From Deltaproteobacteria bacterium (GTDB lineage: Bacteria; Myxococcota_A; Polyangia; Polyangiales; Houyiibacteriaceae), in assembly GCA_034670305.1 (NCBI GenBank), contig JAXMNT010000019.1, positions 32,001-96,000 of the forward strand: 64,000 nt of DNA, written 5' to 3'. Under the pieces are notes generated by a model. The model saw only the letters and a program-made list of their open reading frames with translations, searched no databases and was not told the origin of the DNA. The translations under genes and the position numbers were made by a program. The first letter of the stretch is position 1. The number at the start of each line of letters is the position of its first letter. This document shows, one piece after another, positions 19,069-29,140 of this stretch.

Positions 19069-20650
19069 GCTCGCTGCGCTCGCGGACACATCGGGCAAGG
19101 GCAAGGCCGGGCTCGCGGACTCCGGCGGGCGCAACCTGGCCGTGCTCGCTGCGCTCGCCCTTCTCTTCTCCGCGTGCGGTGAGGGGCGGGCGGGGCCGGC
19201 GCATGTGGGGTGGGGCGAGGCGGAGGCGGCGTGGCGCGCGGGGCAGCTGACGGCGTACACGAAGTGGCAGTCGCTCGACCCGGACACCCCCGAAGGGCGG
19301 GAGGCGTTGGCGCTGCTCGAGCGGGCGGACGTGAGCTATCGGGCCGGGGTCGAGGCGCTCGAAAACGGGGAGGAAGGCGCGCGGGAGTCGCTGGCGGCGG
19401 GGGCCCGGATCGCGCCGATGAACCCGGCGTACTACCTGCGACTCGCGCGGGCGTGTCGAGATCAGGGCATCGTGCTTCGTTCGGCCGAGTACTATTCGAA
19501 GTACCTCGCCGCGTTCCCGAGCGGGGAGGAGTCGGACCGCGCCCGGGCGGAGCTGCAGGATCTCGACCCGCAGATGGCTGGCATCTTCGATCCGCCCGAA
19601 GGCGATCCCGCCACCGCAGCCGCGCCACCCGAAGCCGACGACGGACCTTGGCTCGCCGCGCTCGGCGGCGTGCTGGTCGGCCTGATGCTCGCACTCACCG
19701 GCGCCGCGCTGAGCCGATGGCTCTCGGGACGCGGGGTGTCGCTACAGCGCCTGGTCGAACGAAGCCCGGAGTTTCATCCCTCGGTCGCGTACCTGATCGG
19801 GTCGCTCCGCCACGAACTGCTCAAACACCGCATCGGCGCCGCGAAGGATGCGCTGGCGTCCGATGCCCTCGACGACGAACAGCTCGAGTTTCTTCGTGGC
19901 CGACTCTTCGGCGGGCAGCCGCTCGAGCAAGCGTGGGAAGGACACCTCGTCGGGTTCGAACGCGCGCTCGGTTCGCGGATCGATCTTCGGAGAGACACGT
20001 CGTTCCGGAAAGCCGGGCGCGCGATCCGGACCATCGCCACGCTCGAGCCCGGCCTGTCGGGGAGCGGTGCCGCCCGAGCGCGCGCGGTTCGAAAACTCGG
20101 CAAGGCCCACGACACCCTCATCGCGTTCGACGCGAAGTTGTCGTCGTTGGTCGGGGGACTGGTGCGCGCTTCGGTCGACGAGGAGCTGTTGCGGGAGGTC
20201 GTCGATGCGGTGCGGGGCGAACACAGCGCGAGCCGGGTCGACCTCGACGAGCTCGTGGTGGTCGGCCCGGACGAACCGATCGTGCTCGAAGTGTTCCGCG
20301 TCGATCTCGTGCTCGTGCTCAAGAACATCGTGCGCAACGCCATCCTCGCCGTCGGCCGCGACGGCCCTCCGCGACGCCTGCGCCTGGACGTGGACATCGA
20401 CCTCGAACCCACCGGAGACGAGACGGTGCGGATCCGAGTGCTGGACTCCAGCTCCGAGACGCTCGACCCCTCGGTGATCTTCGACCGGCGCATCGACCGC
20501 GGGCTCGGGCTGGTCGCGGCGGCGGTGCATCGCTACGGCGGCGCGATCGACGTGGAAGCGGTGGACGATCCCGGCTATCGCAAGGCGGTGGTGATCTCGT
20601 TCTTTCGCATGGACGCGGACCTGCGCGCCTCGCTGGTGCCGGGCGCATGA
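19061..20650 (+). CDS. Atypical sensor histidine kinase (lipoprotein-like signal, TPR, TM, HATPase)
   Basis: LFSAC lipobox (alternative GTG start 19142), TPR-like segment, one TM, LRHELLKH, LKNIVRNA (N box), DRGLGL (G2). Confidence 0.7.
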   Translation: MGRLAALADTSGKGKAGLADSGGRNLAVLAALALLFSACGEGRAGPAHVGWGEAEAAWRAGQLTAYTKWQSLDPDTPEGREALALLERADVSYRAGVEALENGEEGARESLAAGARIAPMNPAYYLRLARACRDQGIVLRSAEYYSKYLAAFPSGEESDRARAELQDLDPQMAGIFDPPEGDPATAAAPPEADDGPWLAALGGVLVGLMLALTGAALSRWLSGRGVSLQRLVERSPEFHPSVAYLIGSLRHELLKHRIGAAKDALASDALDDEQLEFLRGRLFGGQPLEQAWEGHLVGFERALGSRIDLRRDTSFRKAGRAIRTIATLEPGLSGSGAARARAVRKLGKAHDTLIAFDAKLSSLVGGLVRASVDEELLREVVDAVRGEHSASRVDLDELVVVGPDEPIVLEVFRVDLVLVLKNIVRNAILAVGRDGPPRRLRLDVDIDLEPTGDETVRIRVLDSSSETLDPSVIFDRRIDRGLGLVAAAVHRYGGAIDVEAVDDPGYRKAVVISFFRMDADLRASLVPGA

Positions 20651-21744
20651 AGCTCGATCTCGCGTGGCGGTTCCCCGCACTGGAAGGCGCCTGGTTCGAG
20701 ATCGCGCACCTGCGCGAGACGCCCGCGGGCACGATCGGCGTCGCGTTCGATCCGAGGACCGGCGCCACGGTCGCATTCGATGTCGAGGCGGGTGCGGTGC
20801 GCTGGAGTGAACCGGCGCGCACCGACGCGCAGCGCTTTCGCTCCCTCGCCGCCGGACCGACCACGGTCCTGCGCAGCTGCGCGCTCGACGACGGCACGTG
20901 GCAACTCGAGTCGCGCGATCTCGCAACCGGCGAGATCACTTGGTCCACCGAGGTGGAAGCGCGCCGCATCGGTCGCCTCTTCGCCAACCAAGTCTCCTTC
21001 TTTGCGATGACCGCGCAGAACGGTCGATTCGTCCTGCTCCCGATCGCGCAGTCCGACGGCACGGTGGCCAAGAGCCGGCTGCTCGACCGGGGGCGCGGCA
21101 TGGTCGGCCCCGACGGCACGCGCGCGTGGACCCGCGACCGCATGGGCGTGACCGAAGTCGAGATCGCGAGTGGCCAGCGCTGGCCGATCCGGCTCGGGCG
21201 GGGCGGCGTGATGGCCGCGGGCCCGAAGTGTCTCGTCACGACCCTCGGGCCAGGTCGCGCCGCGTTCGTGACCGGAGGCGAACTGCGTTGGTCGTACGAG
21301 GTGCCGCCCCGGGATCTCACAGACCTCGCCCAACAAGACGGCGTCGAGTTGGAGGCGGGCGAGCGCGACGTGTGGCCGCCCGCGGTGGGCCGCGGCGTGG
21401 TCGATGCGTCGCCCGATCTCTCGGGCAACGTCTATCTGCCGGACCTCAACGGTTCGTTGCACGCCCTGCGGCTCTCCGACGGTGCGCCGCTCTGGAGTGC
21501 GCAGTCGGGCCACTACCCAAGCTCGCGAACGCTCGCGGTGCCCGCGCTGCTTCAACATGCGAAGCGCGCCTACGTGGCTTGGCCCGCGAGCGACGAGTGC
21601 GTCTATCTCGTCGATGCCGAGACCGGCCAGACCGCCGCGACGTTCGAACTCGAGCGCCCGTTCGAAGCGGTGGCGTCCGCGTCGTCCGAACCCGGATTCG
21701 TGGTGCTGCCCAATGTGGGCGGGCTGCGCGTCGAGAGTGCGTAA
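20647..21744 (+). CDS. PQQ-like beta-propeller repeat protein
   Basis: ATGA overlap; repeats AFDVEAGAVRW, DLATGEITW, ALRLSDGAPLW, VDAETGQ. Confidence 0.78.
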   Translation: MKLDLAWRFPALEGAWFEIAHLRETPAGTIGVAFDPRTGATVAFDVEAGAVRWSEPARTDAQRFRSLAAGPTTVLRSCALDDGTWQLESRDLATGEITWSTEVEARRIGRLFANQVSFFAMTAQNGRFVLLPIAQSDGTVAKSRLLDRGRGMVGPDGTRAWTRDRMGVTEVEIASGQRWPIRLGRGGVMAAGPKCLVTTLGPGRAAFVTGGELRWSYEVPPRDLTDLAQQDGVELEAGERDVWPPAVGRGVVDASPDLSGNVYLPDLNGSLHALRLSDGAPLWSAQSGHYPSSRTLAVPALLQHAKRAYVAWPASDECVYLVDAETGQTAATFELERPFEAVASASSEPGFVVLPNVGGLRVESA

Positions 21745-21757
21745 GAAGGAGCACAAC

Positions 21758-22231
21758 ATGCCAGTTCAGTTCGTCCGAGGAGATCTCTTTGCCCAGCGTG
21801 GCCTCGATGGCCTCGCGCACGCGTGCAACTGCGCCGGCGCGATGGGCAAGGGCGTCGCGGTGCAGTTCAAGTCCCGGTTCCCGAAGATGTACAAGGAGTA
21901 CAAAGCGCGCTGCAGCGACGGGCGCTTCGGGCTCGGCGACGTCTTCGCGTGGTCCGCGGACGGGGTCACCGTCTACAACCTCGGCAACCAGAAGACGTGG
22001 CGGGGAAAAGCAGACTTCGACGCCACAGTCACCTCGCTTCAGGCGATGGTCGAACACGCGGACGCGCACGGCGTGCGTCGCATCGGCATGCCGCAGATCG
22101 GCGCGGGCCTCGGCGGCCTCTCGTGGTCCGACATCAAACGCACCCTCGAACAGCTCGGCGCCAAGAGCCAAGTCGACCTCATCGTCTTCGAACGCTTCGC
22201 CGCCGGCGTCGAACCCCTCCAGCTCGTGTAG
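21758..22231 (+). CDS. Macrodomain protein (TARG1/OARD1/DarG-macro-like)
   Basis: [41 protein letters not shown]. Confidence 0.9.
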   Translation: MPVQFVRGDLFAQRGLDGLAHACNCAGAMGKGVAVQFKSRFPKMYKEYKARCSDGRFGLGDVFAWSADGVTVYNLGNQKTWRGKADFDATVTSLQAMVEHADAHGVRRIGMPQIGAGLGGLSWSDIKRTLEQLGAKSQVDLIVFERFAAGVEPLQLV

Positions 22232-22240
22232 GTCGTCCAC

Positions 22241-22510
22241 TCGGCTTCGACGTCGGCGTGGGATTCGGCGTCGGTTCGGATTCGGGTTCGGCGTCGGCGT
22301 CGGCTTCGGCGTCGGCTTCGGCGTCGGCATCGGCGTCGGGCTTCGGCGTCGGCTTCGGCTTCGGGTTCGGCTTCGGATTCGGCTTCGGATTCGGATTCGG
22401 CGTCGGCATCGGCTTCGGGTTCGGCTTCGGCGTCGGATTCAGTTTCGGCTTCGGCTTCGGCTTCGGCGTCGGCGTCGGCGTCGGCTGAGACGTCGGCTTC
22501 GGCGTCGGAC
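22241..22510. repeat. Degenerate hexamer array (TCGGCT/TCGGCG/TCGGAT)n
   Basis: Directly visible. Confidence 0.95.
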
Positions 22511-22518
22511 TGCGTCCG

Positions 22519-22697
22519 CGACAGACTCAGCGACAGCCTCAGCGACAGCCTCAGCGACAGCCTCAGCGACAGACTCAGCGACAGCCTCAGCGACAGCCTC
22601 AACGACAGACGCAGCGACAGACTCAGCGACAGACGCAGCGACAGACTCAGCGACAGACTCAGCGACAGACTCAGCGACAGACGCAGCAACAGACGCA
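22519..22697. repeat. 12-bp tandem array CAGCGACAG(ACT/CCT/ACG)
   Basis: About 14 copies directly visible. Confidence 0.95.
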
Positions 22698-22816
22698 CCC
22701 ACCCACGACGCGTGTGGCAGGCCCGTTGAGATCGGGCTACCACGGGGGGGAGCCGCGCGCGTGCCCGCTTCGGCACCCGTGAGCGGGGACCGGCTCCACC
22801 TTTCGTAGGAGAAACC

Positions 22817-24742
22817 GTGTCTCGAACCGTCCTCGCGCTCGCCCTCTGCTTCTCTTGGCAGGCCGTCGCCACCGCCCAAGCCCCTGTCCTTCCGTGCACC
22901 GGCACCGAGACCCTGATCGATCCGCTGTTCGGCGACCTCGACGACGGCAGCCACGAGGTGTCGCTGACGGCGGTCTTCCCCGCTGGGCTCTCGCTCGCAG
23001 GCGACGAGTACGACGAGATGTTCATCAACACGAACGGCAACGTGACCTTTGGCGACCCGTTCACCGGCTTCACCCCGAACGCGTTCCCCGGCCTCGACCA
23101 ACCGACGATCGCGCCGTTCTTCGCGGATGTGGACCTCCGGGCCCGCGGAGGCACCGCCAACCCAGGCGACGTGCTCTATTGCGTCGAGCCTGCCAACAAC
23201 CGCGTCATGGTGACGTGGCACGAAACGGTGCACTTCCGAGCGACCTCGCCCACCACCTCGTTCTCGCGGGTCAACACCTTCCAGATGGTTCTCACGGCGT
23301 CCACGGTCTGCGGCGTCGACGGGGCGGAGCTGCAGTTCCGGTACGAAGCGCTCGTCTGGCATGCCGGCACCGCGAGTGGCGCTGGCCCCAACGGGATCTG
23401 CCCTCCGACGACGGTCGGCACCACCTGCTTCCCGGCGGTCGCCGGCGTCGACTACGGCGACACCCTCACCGCCGTGCAGCTTCCTGGATCGCTCACGAGC
23501 GAAGTCACGACCAGGCTCCTGACCGACAGCAACGTCGGCACACCGGGCGTGTGGGAAGTGCCGCTCGACCCCGATGCCATTCCGAACTGCGGCGACGGCA
23601 CCGTCGATGGCAGCTGCGAGGACTGCGACGACGCCGGGGAGTCGGCGACGTGCGACATCGATTGCACCGACGCCGAGTGCGGCGACGGGGTGCTCAACAC
23701 GACGAGTGGCGAAGACTGCGACGAAGCAGGCGAGACGGCCGACTGCGACCGGGACTGCACCCCGGTGCGGTGCGGCGATGGGCTCATGAACGCGGCGGCG
23801 GGCGAGACCTGCGACGACCGCAACAACGTCGACGGAGACGGCTGCTCCGCACTCTGCGAAGCGGAGATCTGCGGCGACGGAGCGGTGGTCGGCGGAGAGA
23901 TCTGCGACGAGGGACGAGAGACCCGCCGTTGCGACGACGACTGCACACTCGTCGAATGCGGGGACGCCAACGTCAACGAGCGGGCCGGCGAGACCTGCGA
24001 CGATGGCCGGGAGACCGCCACGTGCGACGCCGACTGCACCGCACCCGAGTGCGGCGACGGAGACCTCAACACGCTCGCGGGCGAACTCTGCGACGACAGC
24101 AACACAGACGACGGGGACGGGTGCTCGGCGGAGTGCACGGTCGAGGGCTGCGGCAACGGACGCGTGGACGCGCGGGAAGACTGCGACGACTCCGGCGAGA
24201 GCGCGACCTGCGACCTCGACTGCACGAGCGCCGTCTGCGGAGACGGACTGCGCAACCTGACCGCGGGCGAAGCGTGCGACGACTCCGGCGAGTCGGCGGA
24301 ATGCAACGCCGACTGCTCCAGCGCCCGATGCGGCGACGGAATCCGCAACGAGACGGCCGGCGAGGACTGCGACGATGCCGGAGAGAGCGCGACGTGCGAT
24401 CTCGACTGCACCGAGGCGCGGTGCGGCGACGACACGCTCAACGGCGTGGCGGGCGAGACGTGCGACGACGGCAACACCACGGACGGCGACGGCTGCGACG
24501 CGCGGTGCCGCGTCGAACCGGATGCCGACGCCGGGGTGGATGCGGGCGTGGACGGCGGTGTGGACGCGGGCGTGGATGGCGGCGTGGATGCCGCGGTGCC
24601 CCCCGACGGCGGCATGGACGCCGCACCGGAGGCTCCGGGCTACGCGGGCGGAGGATGTTCGACTGGGTCGAGCGGCGGCGCACCGCTGATGTGGTTCGGT
24701 CTGCTGCTGCTTCTGTGCCGCGTACGCCGCGGTGTTGTCTGA
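22817..24742 (+). CDS. Surface protein: nidogen-like (NIDO) domain + Myxococcus Cys-rich (DUF4215-type) repeats + MYXO-CTERM-type anchor
   Basis: AGGAG RBS; INTNGNVTF, IAPFFADVD, NTFQ; repeated CGDG...GETCDDG; GGGCS...TM...RVRR. Confidence 0.85.
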   Translation: MSRTVLALALCFSWQAVATAQAPVLPCTGTETLIDPLFGDLDDGSHEVSLTAVFPAGLSLAGDEYDEMFINTNGNVTFGDPFTGFTPNAFPGLDQPTIAPFFADVDLRARGGTANPGDVLYCVEPANNRVMVTWHETVHFRATSPTTSFSRVNTFQMVLTASTVCGVDGAELQFRYEALVWHAGTASGAGPNGICPPTTVGTTCFPAVAGVDYGDTLTAVQLPGSLTSEVTTRLLTDSNVGTPGVWEVPLDPDAIPNCGDGTVDGSCEDCDDAGESATCDIDCTDAECGDGVLNTTSGEDCDEAGETADCDRDCTPVRCGDGLMNAAAGETCDDRNNVDGDGCSALCEAEICGDGAVVGGEICDEGRETRRCDDDCTLVECGDANVNERAGETCDDGRETATCDADCTAPECGDGDLNTLAGELCDDSNTDDGDGCSAECTVEGCGNGRVDAREDCDDSGESATCDLDCTSAVCGDGLRNLTAGEACDDSGESAECNADCSSARCGDGIRNETAGEDCDDAGESATCDLDCTEARCGDDTLNGVAGETCDDGNTTDGDGCDARCRVEPDADAGVDAGVDGGVDAGVDGGVDAAVPPDGGMDAAPEAPGYAGGGCSTGSSGGAPLMWFGLLLLLCRVRRGVV

Positions 24743-24880
24743 CCGAAGCGCAGTGTTGTCCGACCGAAGCGCAGTGTCGTCCGACCGAAGCGCAGTGTCG
24801 TCCGACCGAAGCGCAGTGTCGTCTGACCCAACCGCAGTGCGGTCTGTTCAGCGCGGTGTCGTCTGACCGAACCGCAGTGT
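24728..24880. repeat. 21-bp tandem repeat CGCAGTGTYGTCYGACCGAAG, about 7 copies
   Basis: Contiguous units with no spacers; spans the upstream stop codon. Confidence 0.92.
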
Positions 24881-24891
24881 AGGCTGCGGCC

Positions 24892-26424
24892 GTGGCACGA
24901 TTCGCCGCCATCGACGTCGGGTCGAACGCTTCGCGTTTGCTCATCGTGCAAGCCAAAGAACCCGGCCGCGTCCGCCCGTTTCGAACGATGCGGGTGCCGG
25001 TCCGGCTCGGTCATTCCGTCTTCCAGACGGGGCGGCTGGATCTGGGCACGATCGATCAATGCGTCGAAGCCATGCGCGCCTTCAAGGCAGCCATGGAAGA
25101 TGCCAACGTCGACGACTACCGCGCGGTCGTGACCGCCTCGGCACGCTCCGCCAAGAACGCCGAGGAGCTCGTGAACCGGGTGCGCGACGAAGCAGGCGTC
25201 GCCCTGAGCAGTGTGGACGGCGCCGAAGAAGCGCGCCTCGTCGCACTCGCGGTGCAAGACGTCCTGCCCCTCGAAGGGCACAGCCTCATCATGGATCTCG
25301 GGGGAGGCAGCCTCGAACTGAGTGAGCTGACCGGCGACACGCGCGGCTTCGTGGTCTCCCTGCCCATCGGCACGGTGCGTCTGCTCGAAGCGTTCTTGAC
25401 CGCTGGCGCGCCGGTCGACACCCGACAGGACCACCTGATCCGCGAATACGTCGATCGCCTGCTCGCGCCCCACCGCAAAGTGCTGCGCGACAGCCCCTGG
25501 AGCGACGTGGTCGGTTCGGGCGGCAACCTCGTCGCGCTGGCGCAGCTCTGTCCGCTCGAGGCGGCGGTGGGCGGCCTGCCCACCATCGACGTGGGCAAAG
25601 CGAGAACCCTGCGCGACGAACTCGCTGCGATGTCGGCCGCCGAACGCGCGGAGAAATACGCGCTCAAGCCGGACCGGGCCGACGTCATCGTGCCCGCGCT
25701 CTACGCGATCATCGCGGTCGCGGACCTCGCGGACGTGAACTCGATCGTGGTTCCGGGCGTGGGTCTGAAAGAGGGCATCGCAGTCGAGCTCGTCGAGAAG
25801 CACTACCGGGTCTGGAACTACGGCGAAGAGGACGACAAGGTCTTGCTCGCGGCCCTCCAGCTCGGACGGCGCTACCACTTCGACGAACGCCACGCGCTCC
25901 ACGTGACCGAGAACGCGATCAAGTTGTTCGACGCAACGACAGAGCTGCACGGGCTCGGCGGCAAGTCGCGGGCGATGCTGCAGGTCGCCGCGCTCCTCCA
26001 CGACGTGGGGGATTTCATTCACCCGCAGTCGCACCACAAACACACCCAGTACATCATCGACAACAGCGACCTGATGGGGGTCTCGCCCGAGCAGCGCCGC
26101 ATCATCGCACTCGTCGCGCGCTACCACCGGCGCGCGCACCCCGCGGTTCGACACGCCGCGTACCGCAACCTCGTCGCCAAGGATCGCGACCGGGTGAAAG
26201 CGCTCGCCGCCATCCTCCGAATCGCCGACGGCCTCGACCGCGGTCACCGACAGAAAGCCGCGCTGGTCGCGGCGCGGATCGAAGGCGGCGCGCTTGTCGT
26301 CGACGTCGCGAGTGAGACCGACCTCGCGCTCGAGACGTGGACCGTCGAGCGCAAAGCAGAGCTCCTGCGCGAGATGTACGGCTGCGATGTGCGGTTGAAC
26401 TTGGTGGCGCAGACCCCGGACTGA
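24892..26424 (+). CDS. ppx: Ppx/GppA exopolyphosphatase with C-terminal HD domain
   Basis: AAIDVGSN, GAEEAR, MDLGGGSLE, GLKEG, ALLHDVG, LRIADGLD. Confidence 0.92.
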   Translation: MARFAAIDVGSNASRLLIVQAKEPGRVRPFRTMRVPVRLGHSVFQTGRLDLGTIDQCVEAMRAFKAAMEDANVDDYRAVVTASARSAKNAEELVNRVRDEAGVALSSVDGAEEARLVALAVQDVLPLEGHSLIMDLGGGSLELSELTGDTRGFVVSLPIGTVRLLEAFLTAGAPVDTRQDHLIREYVDRLLAPHRKVLRDSPWSDVVGSGGNLVALAQLCPLEAAVGGLPTIDVGKARTLRDELAAMSAAERAEKYALKPDRADVIVPALYAIIAVADLADVNSIVVPGVGLKEGIAVELVEKHYRVWNYGEEDDKVLLAALQLGRRYHFDERHALHVTENAIKLFDATTELHGLGGKSRAMLQVAALLHDVGDFIHPQSHHKHTQYIIDNSDLMGVSPEQRRIIALVARYHRRAHPAVRHAAYRNLVAKDRDRVKALAAILRIADGLDRGHRQKAALVAARIEGGALVVDVASETDLALETWTVERKAELLREMYGCDVRLNLVAQTPD

Positions 26425-26626
26425 ACACCCTCTGGTTGCGCGCATTCGCTGCGGCATTCACCGAAGAATCACTCTATTTTTTAGGCGTGAACGACTGTCG
26501 CACCCGCTGTGAGCGCCGGTTCACACCCGGAGTGCAGAAACCCCGCGAGCACCGGCCACGGAGCCGGAGGCGAAGCGCCCTGCAAAGACCACCAATGATG
26601 CCGGTGTGCTTCGGAGAACGAAGTCG

Positions 26627-26642
26627 AGGCACGCAACGTGCT
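26627..26642 (+). promoter_or_regulatory. Sigma54-like -24/-12 promoter
   Basis: AGGCACGCAACGTGCT (GG-N10-GC), 13 nt before ATG 26655. Confidence 0.5.
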
Positions 26643-26654
26643 TTGGCTGCGGGC

Positions 26655-27335
26655 ATGACTCGCTCACTCTCCGACGCCCGCCTCGCTCCGGCCCGAACCT
26701 CGATCGGGTGTGCCCTCCTCGTCGTCGCCGCGCACTTGCTCGCGACCCCGACGGCCCGCGCCGATGCCCCCACCGAGGTGGACGCCGATGTGGACGTCGC
26801 CGAGGAGGTCTCGGAGCGCACGCCGTTCCGGGAGCGGGCCGCGTTCGACCGTGACTTCGCGCTCGCGATCTACGGCACCGGTTGGGTTGGAAGGTACGCG
26901 GCGGGCGGCGGCGGCGCGCGGGCGCGTTGGGAGCCCTTCGACCGACTCGGGGTCGAGGTCTACACCGAACACCTCAAAGTCATCGAAGACGAAGGCCTGC
27001 GGCACGACCATCCGATCGGCTTCAACCTCTACGTGCCTTTTCAGTTCGGGGAGCGCTTCCGGCTTCGCCCGCTCTTCGGCTTCTGCACCGTCTTCAGCTT
27101 CTTCCATCCGGACCAAGAAGGCGTCGAACGCATCGACGACGTGCACTTCGGCGTACACGCCGGCCTCGGCGCGGAAGTCTCCTTCGGCCGCTTCGTGAGC
27201 CTCTTCGTCGACGTCCAGGGCGTCGCCTACTTCGGCCACGACCGCTACGCCGGCGGCTGGGCGACCCACGTCGGCGACAACCTGAGCGTTTGGGGCCTCG
27301 TGCAAGGGGCAGCGGGCATCCAAGTCCACCTGTAG
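26655..27335 (+). CDS. Putative small outer-membrane beta-barrel protein
   Basis: Signal peptide (ARA), amphipathic strands FGVHAGLGAEV, LFVDVQG, terminal GIQVHL. Confidence 0.65.
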   Translation: MTRSLSDARLAPARTSIGCALLVVAAHLLATPTARADAPTEVDADVDVAEEVSERTPFRERAAFDRDFALAIYGTGWVGRYAAGGGGARARWEPFDRLGVEVYTEHLKVIEDEGLRHDHPIGFNLYVPFQFGERFRLRPLFGFCTVFSFFHPDQEGVERIDDVHFGVHAGLGAEVSFGRFVSLFVDVQGVAYFGHDRYAGGWATHVGDNLSVWGLVQGAAGIQVHL

Positions 27336-27354
27336 CTGCGGACCTCGGCTTGGA

Positions 27355-27528
27355 GGCGGCTTCGGCTTCGGCTTCGGCTTCGGGGTCGGCTTCGGGGTCG
27401 GCTTCGGCGTCGGCTTCGGGGTCGGCTTCGGGGTCGGATTCGGCGTCGGTTTCGGATTCAGGGCAAGGGCAGGGGCAAGGGCAGGGGCAAGGGCAACAGC
27501 GGGCAAGGGCAAGGGCAAGGGCAAGGGC
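27355..27528. repeat. Bipartite hexamer array (TCGGCT/TCGGGG)n then (GGGCAA)n
   Basis: Directly visible. Confidence 0.95.
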
Positions 27529-27631
27529 GCCATCGGGCGGGGTCCTGGTCCCACACCTCAAACGGAGGTATCTAGCCGCCACGCCTTCGCCCTCCGCCCA
27601 CCGGACGCCGTGAAGTCGCCTGGCTGGGCCG

Positions 27632-29125
27632 ATGCTGTTTCAGAGCGCCGACTACTTTCTGTTCCTGACGATCGCGGTCGCCGCGTTCTGGTTGCTGGCG
27701 CGCCATCACCGCGTGCGGGTCGCGCTGCTCTTCGTCCTGAGCTGCGCGTTCTACATGGCGTGGAAACCCGAGTACATCCTGCTCATCCTCGGGTCGACGC
27801 TGCTCGACTTCGTGGCCGGCAACCGCATCCATGCGTCGGACCGGAATGGCGAGCGCAAGCTCTGGTTGGCGGCGAGCCTCAGCGGCAACCTCGGGCTGCT
27901 CTTCGCGTTCAAGTACTACAACTTCTTCGCGCTCGAGCTGGTGCAGACGATCGAGTGGATGGGCGGCTCCGCCAGCCTGCCGCTGCTCGAAGCCGCGCTG
28001 CCAGTCGGCATCAGCTTCTACACCTTCCAGACGCTCAGCTACACGATCGACATCTACCGCGGCAAGCTCGAGCCGACCCGAGACCTGTTCGAGTTCGCCG
28101 CGTTCGTCACCTACTTCCCGCAGCTGGTCGCCGGTCCCATCGTGCGCGCGTCGGAGCTCTTGCCGCAGCTCAGCCGCCCGCCCTCGGTGGACTCCGATCG
28201 GATCAGCCAGGGGCTCTTTCTGATCCTCACCGGGCTCGTGAAGAAGGTCGCGCTCGCCGACTACCTCGCGCTGAACTGCGTCGACCGCATGTTCGACCAG
28301 CCGGAGCTCTTCAGCGGCATCGAAGTGGTGGTCGCGCTCTACGCGTTCACGATGCAGCTCTACCTCGATTTCTCCGGGTACACCGACGTGGCGCGGGGCT
28401 CGGCGATGTTGATGGGGTTCGAGTTGCCCGCGAACTTCGACCGGCCCTACCAAGCCACGAACCCGGCCGACTTCTGGCGCCGCTGGCACATGACGCTCAG
28501 CCGCTGGCTGCGCGACTACCTGTACTTTCCGCTCGGCGGCTCCCGCGTGGGCCCCGTGCGCGCGTACTTCAACCTCGGGCTGACGATGTTCCTCGTGGGC
28601 ATCTGGCACGGGTGGTGGGGCAACTTCGAAGTCTTCTTCTGGTACGCGCTCCTGCAGACCTTCGCGATGGTCGGTCACCGCTTCGTCTACCGCTTCTTCG
28701 GCCGAAGCCGGGACGCAGTCGACGCGCCGCACGTCACCGCGCTCAAGATCTTCGCCAACCTGCAGTTCGTCGTGTTCTCCCGGATCCTCTTCCGCGCGAG
28801 CAGCATGGAGAACGCCGAGGACGTGGGCGGCCGGATCACCCGGAGTGTCTCCACGCTCTGGCGCCACTGGACCGGGCCCGAGGCCTTGGACGAGAGCCAA
28901 CTCGCGCTCGCGACCTCGACCCTGCACATCTCGGTCGGCGTGTGGCTGATCCTGCTCTTCACCTTCGCGGCGCACTACACGCCGAAGAAGATCTTCCAGT
29001 CGTTCGAGACGTTCTTCGTGAAGCTCCCACCGCCGGCGCAGGGCTTGATGGTCGCGATCGTCGCCGGTCTGCTCAGCCTGGTCGCGGCGACCGAAGCGGT
29101 CCCGTACATCTACTTTCAGTTCTGA
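27632..29125 (+). CDS. MBOAT family O-acyltransferase (AlgI/PatA-like)
   Basis: LPVGISFYTFQTLSYTID, FPQLVAGPI, DFSGYTD, FWRRWHMTLS, GIWHG, YIYFQF. Confidence 0.95.
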   Translation: MLFQSADYFLFLTIAVAAFWLLARHHRVRVALLFVLSCAFYMAWKPEYILLILGSTLLDFVAGNRIHASDRNGERKLWLAASLSGNLGLLFAFKYYNFFALELVQTIEWMGGSASLPLLEAALPVGISFYTFQTLSYTIDIYRGKLEPTRDLFEFAAFVTYFPQLVAGPIVRASELLPQLSRPPSVDSDRISQGLFLILTGLVKKVALADYLALNCVDRMFDQPELFSGIEVVVALYAFTMQLYLDFSGYTDVARGSAMLMGFELPANFDRPYQATNPADFWRRWHMTLSRWLRDYLYFPLGGSRVGPVRAYFNLGLTMFLVGIWHGWWGNFEVFFWYALLQTFAMVGHRFVYRFFGRSRDAVDAPHVTALKIFANLQFVVFSRILFRASSMENAEDVGGRITRSVSTLWRHWTGPEALDESQLALATSTLHISVGVWLILLFTFAAHYTPKKIFQSFETFFVKLPPPAQGLMVAIVAGLLSLVAATEAVPYIYFQF

Positions 29126-29140
29126 TCCGGCGAACGGGGA

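Noticed and set aside
14989-19287. 1432-aa ORF
   Set aside because: The part above 16569 is antisense to NhaC plus stop-free repeats; the real flippase starts at 16569.
21758-22231. DarTG toxin-antitoxin system
   Set aside because: No DarT-like ADP-ribosyltransferase adjacent, and the macrodomain lacks the DarG C-terminal domain.
24728-24880. Possible CRISPR array
   Set aside because: 21-bp units are contiguous with no unique spacers and there are no cas genes.
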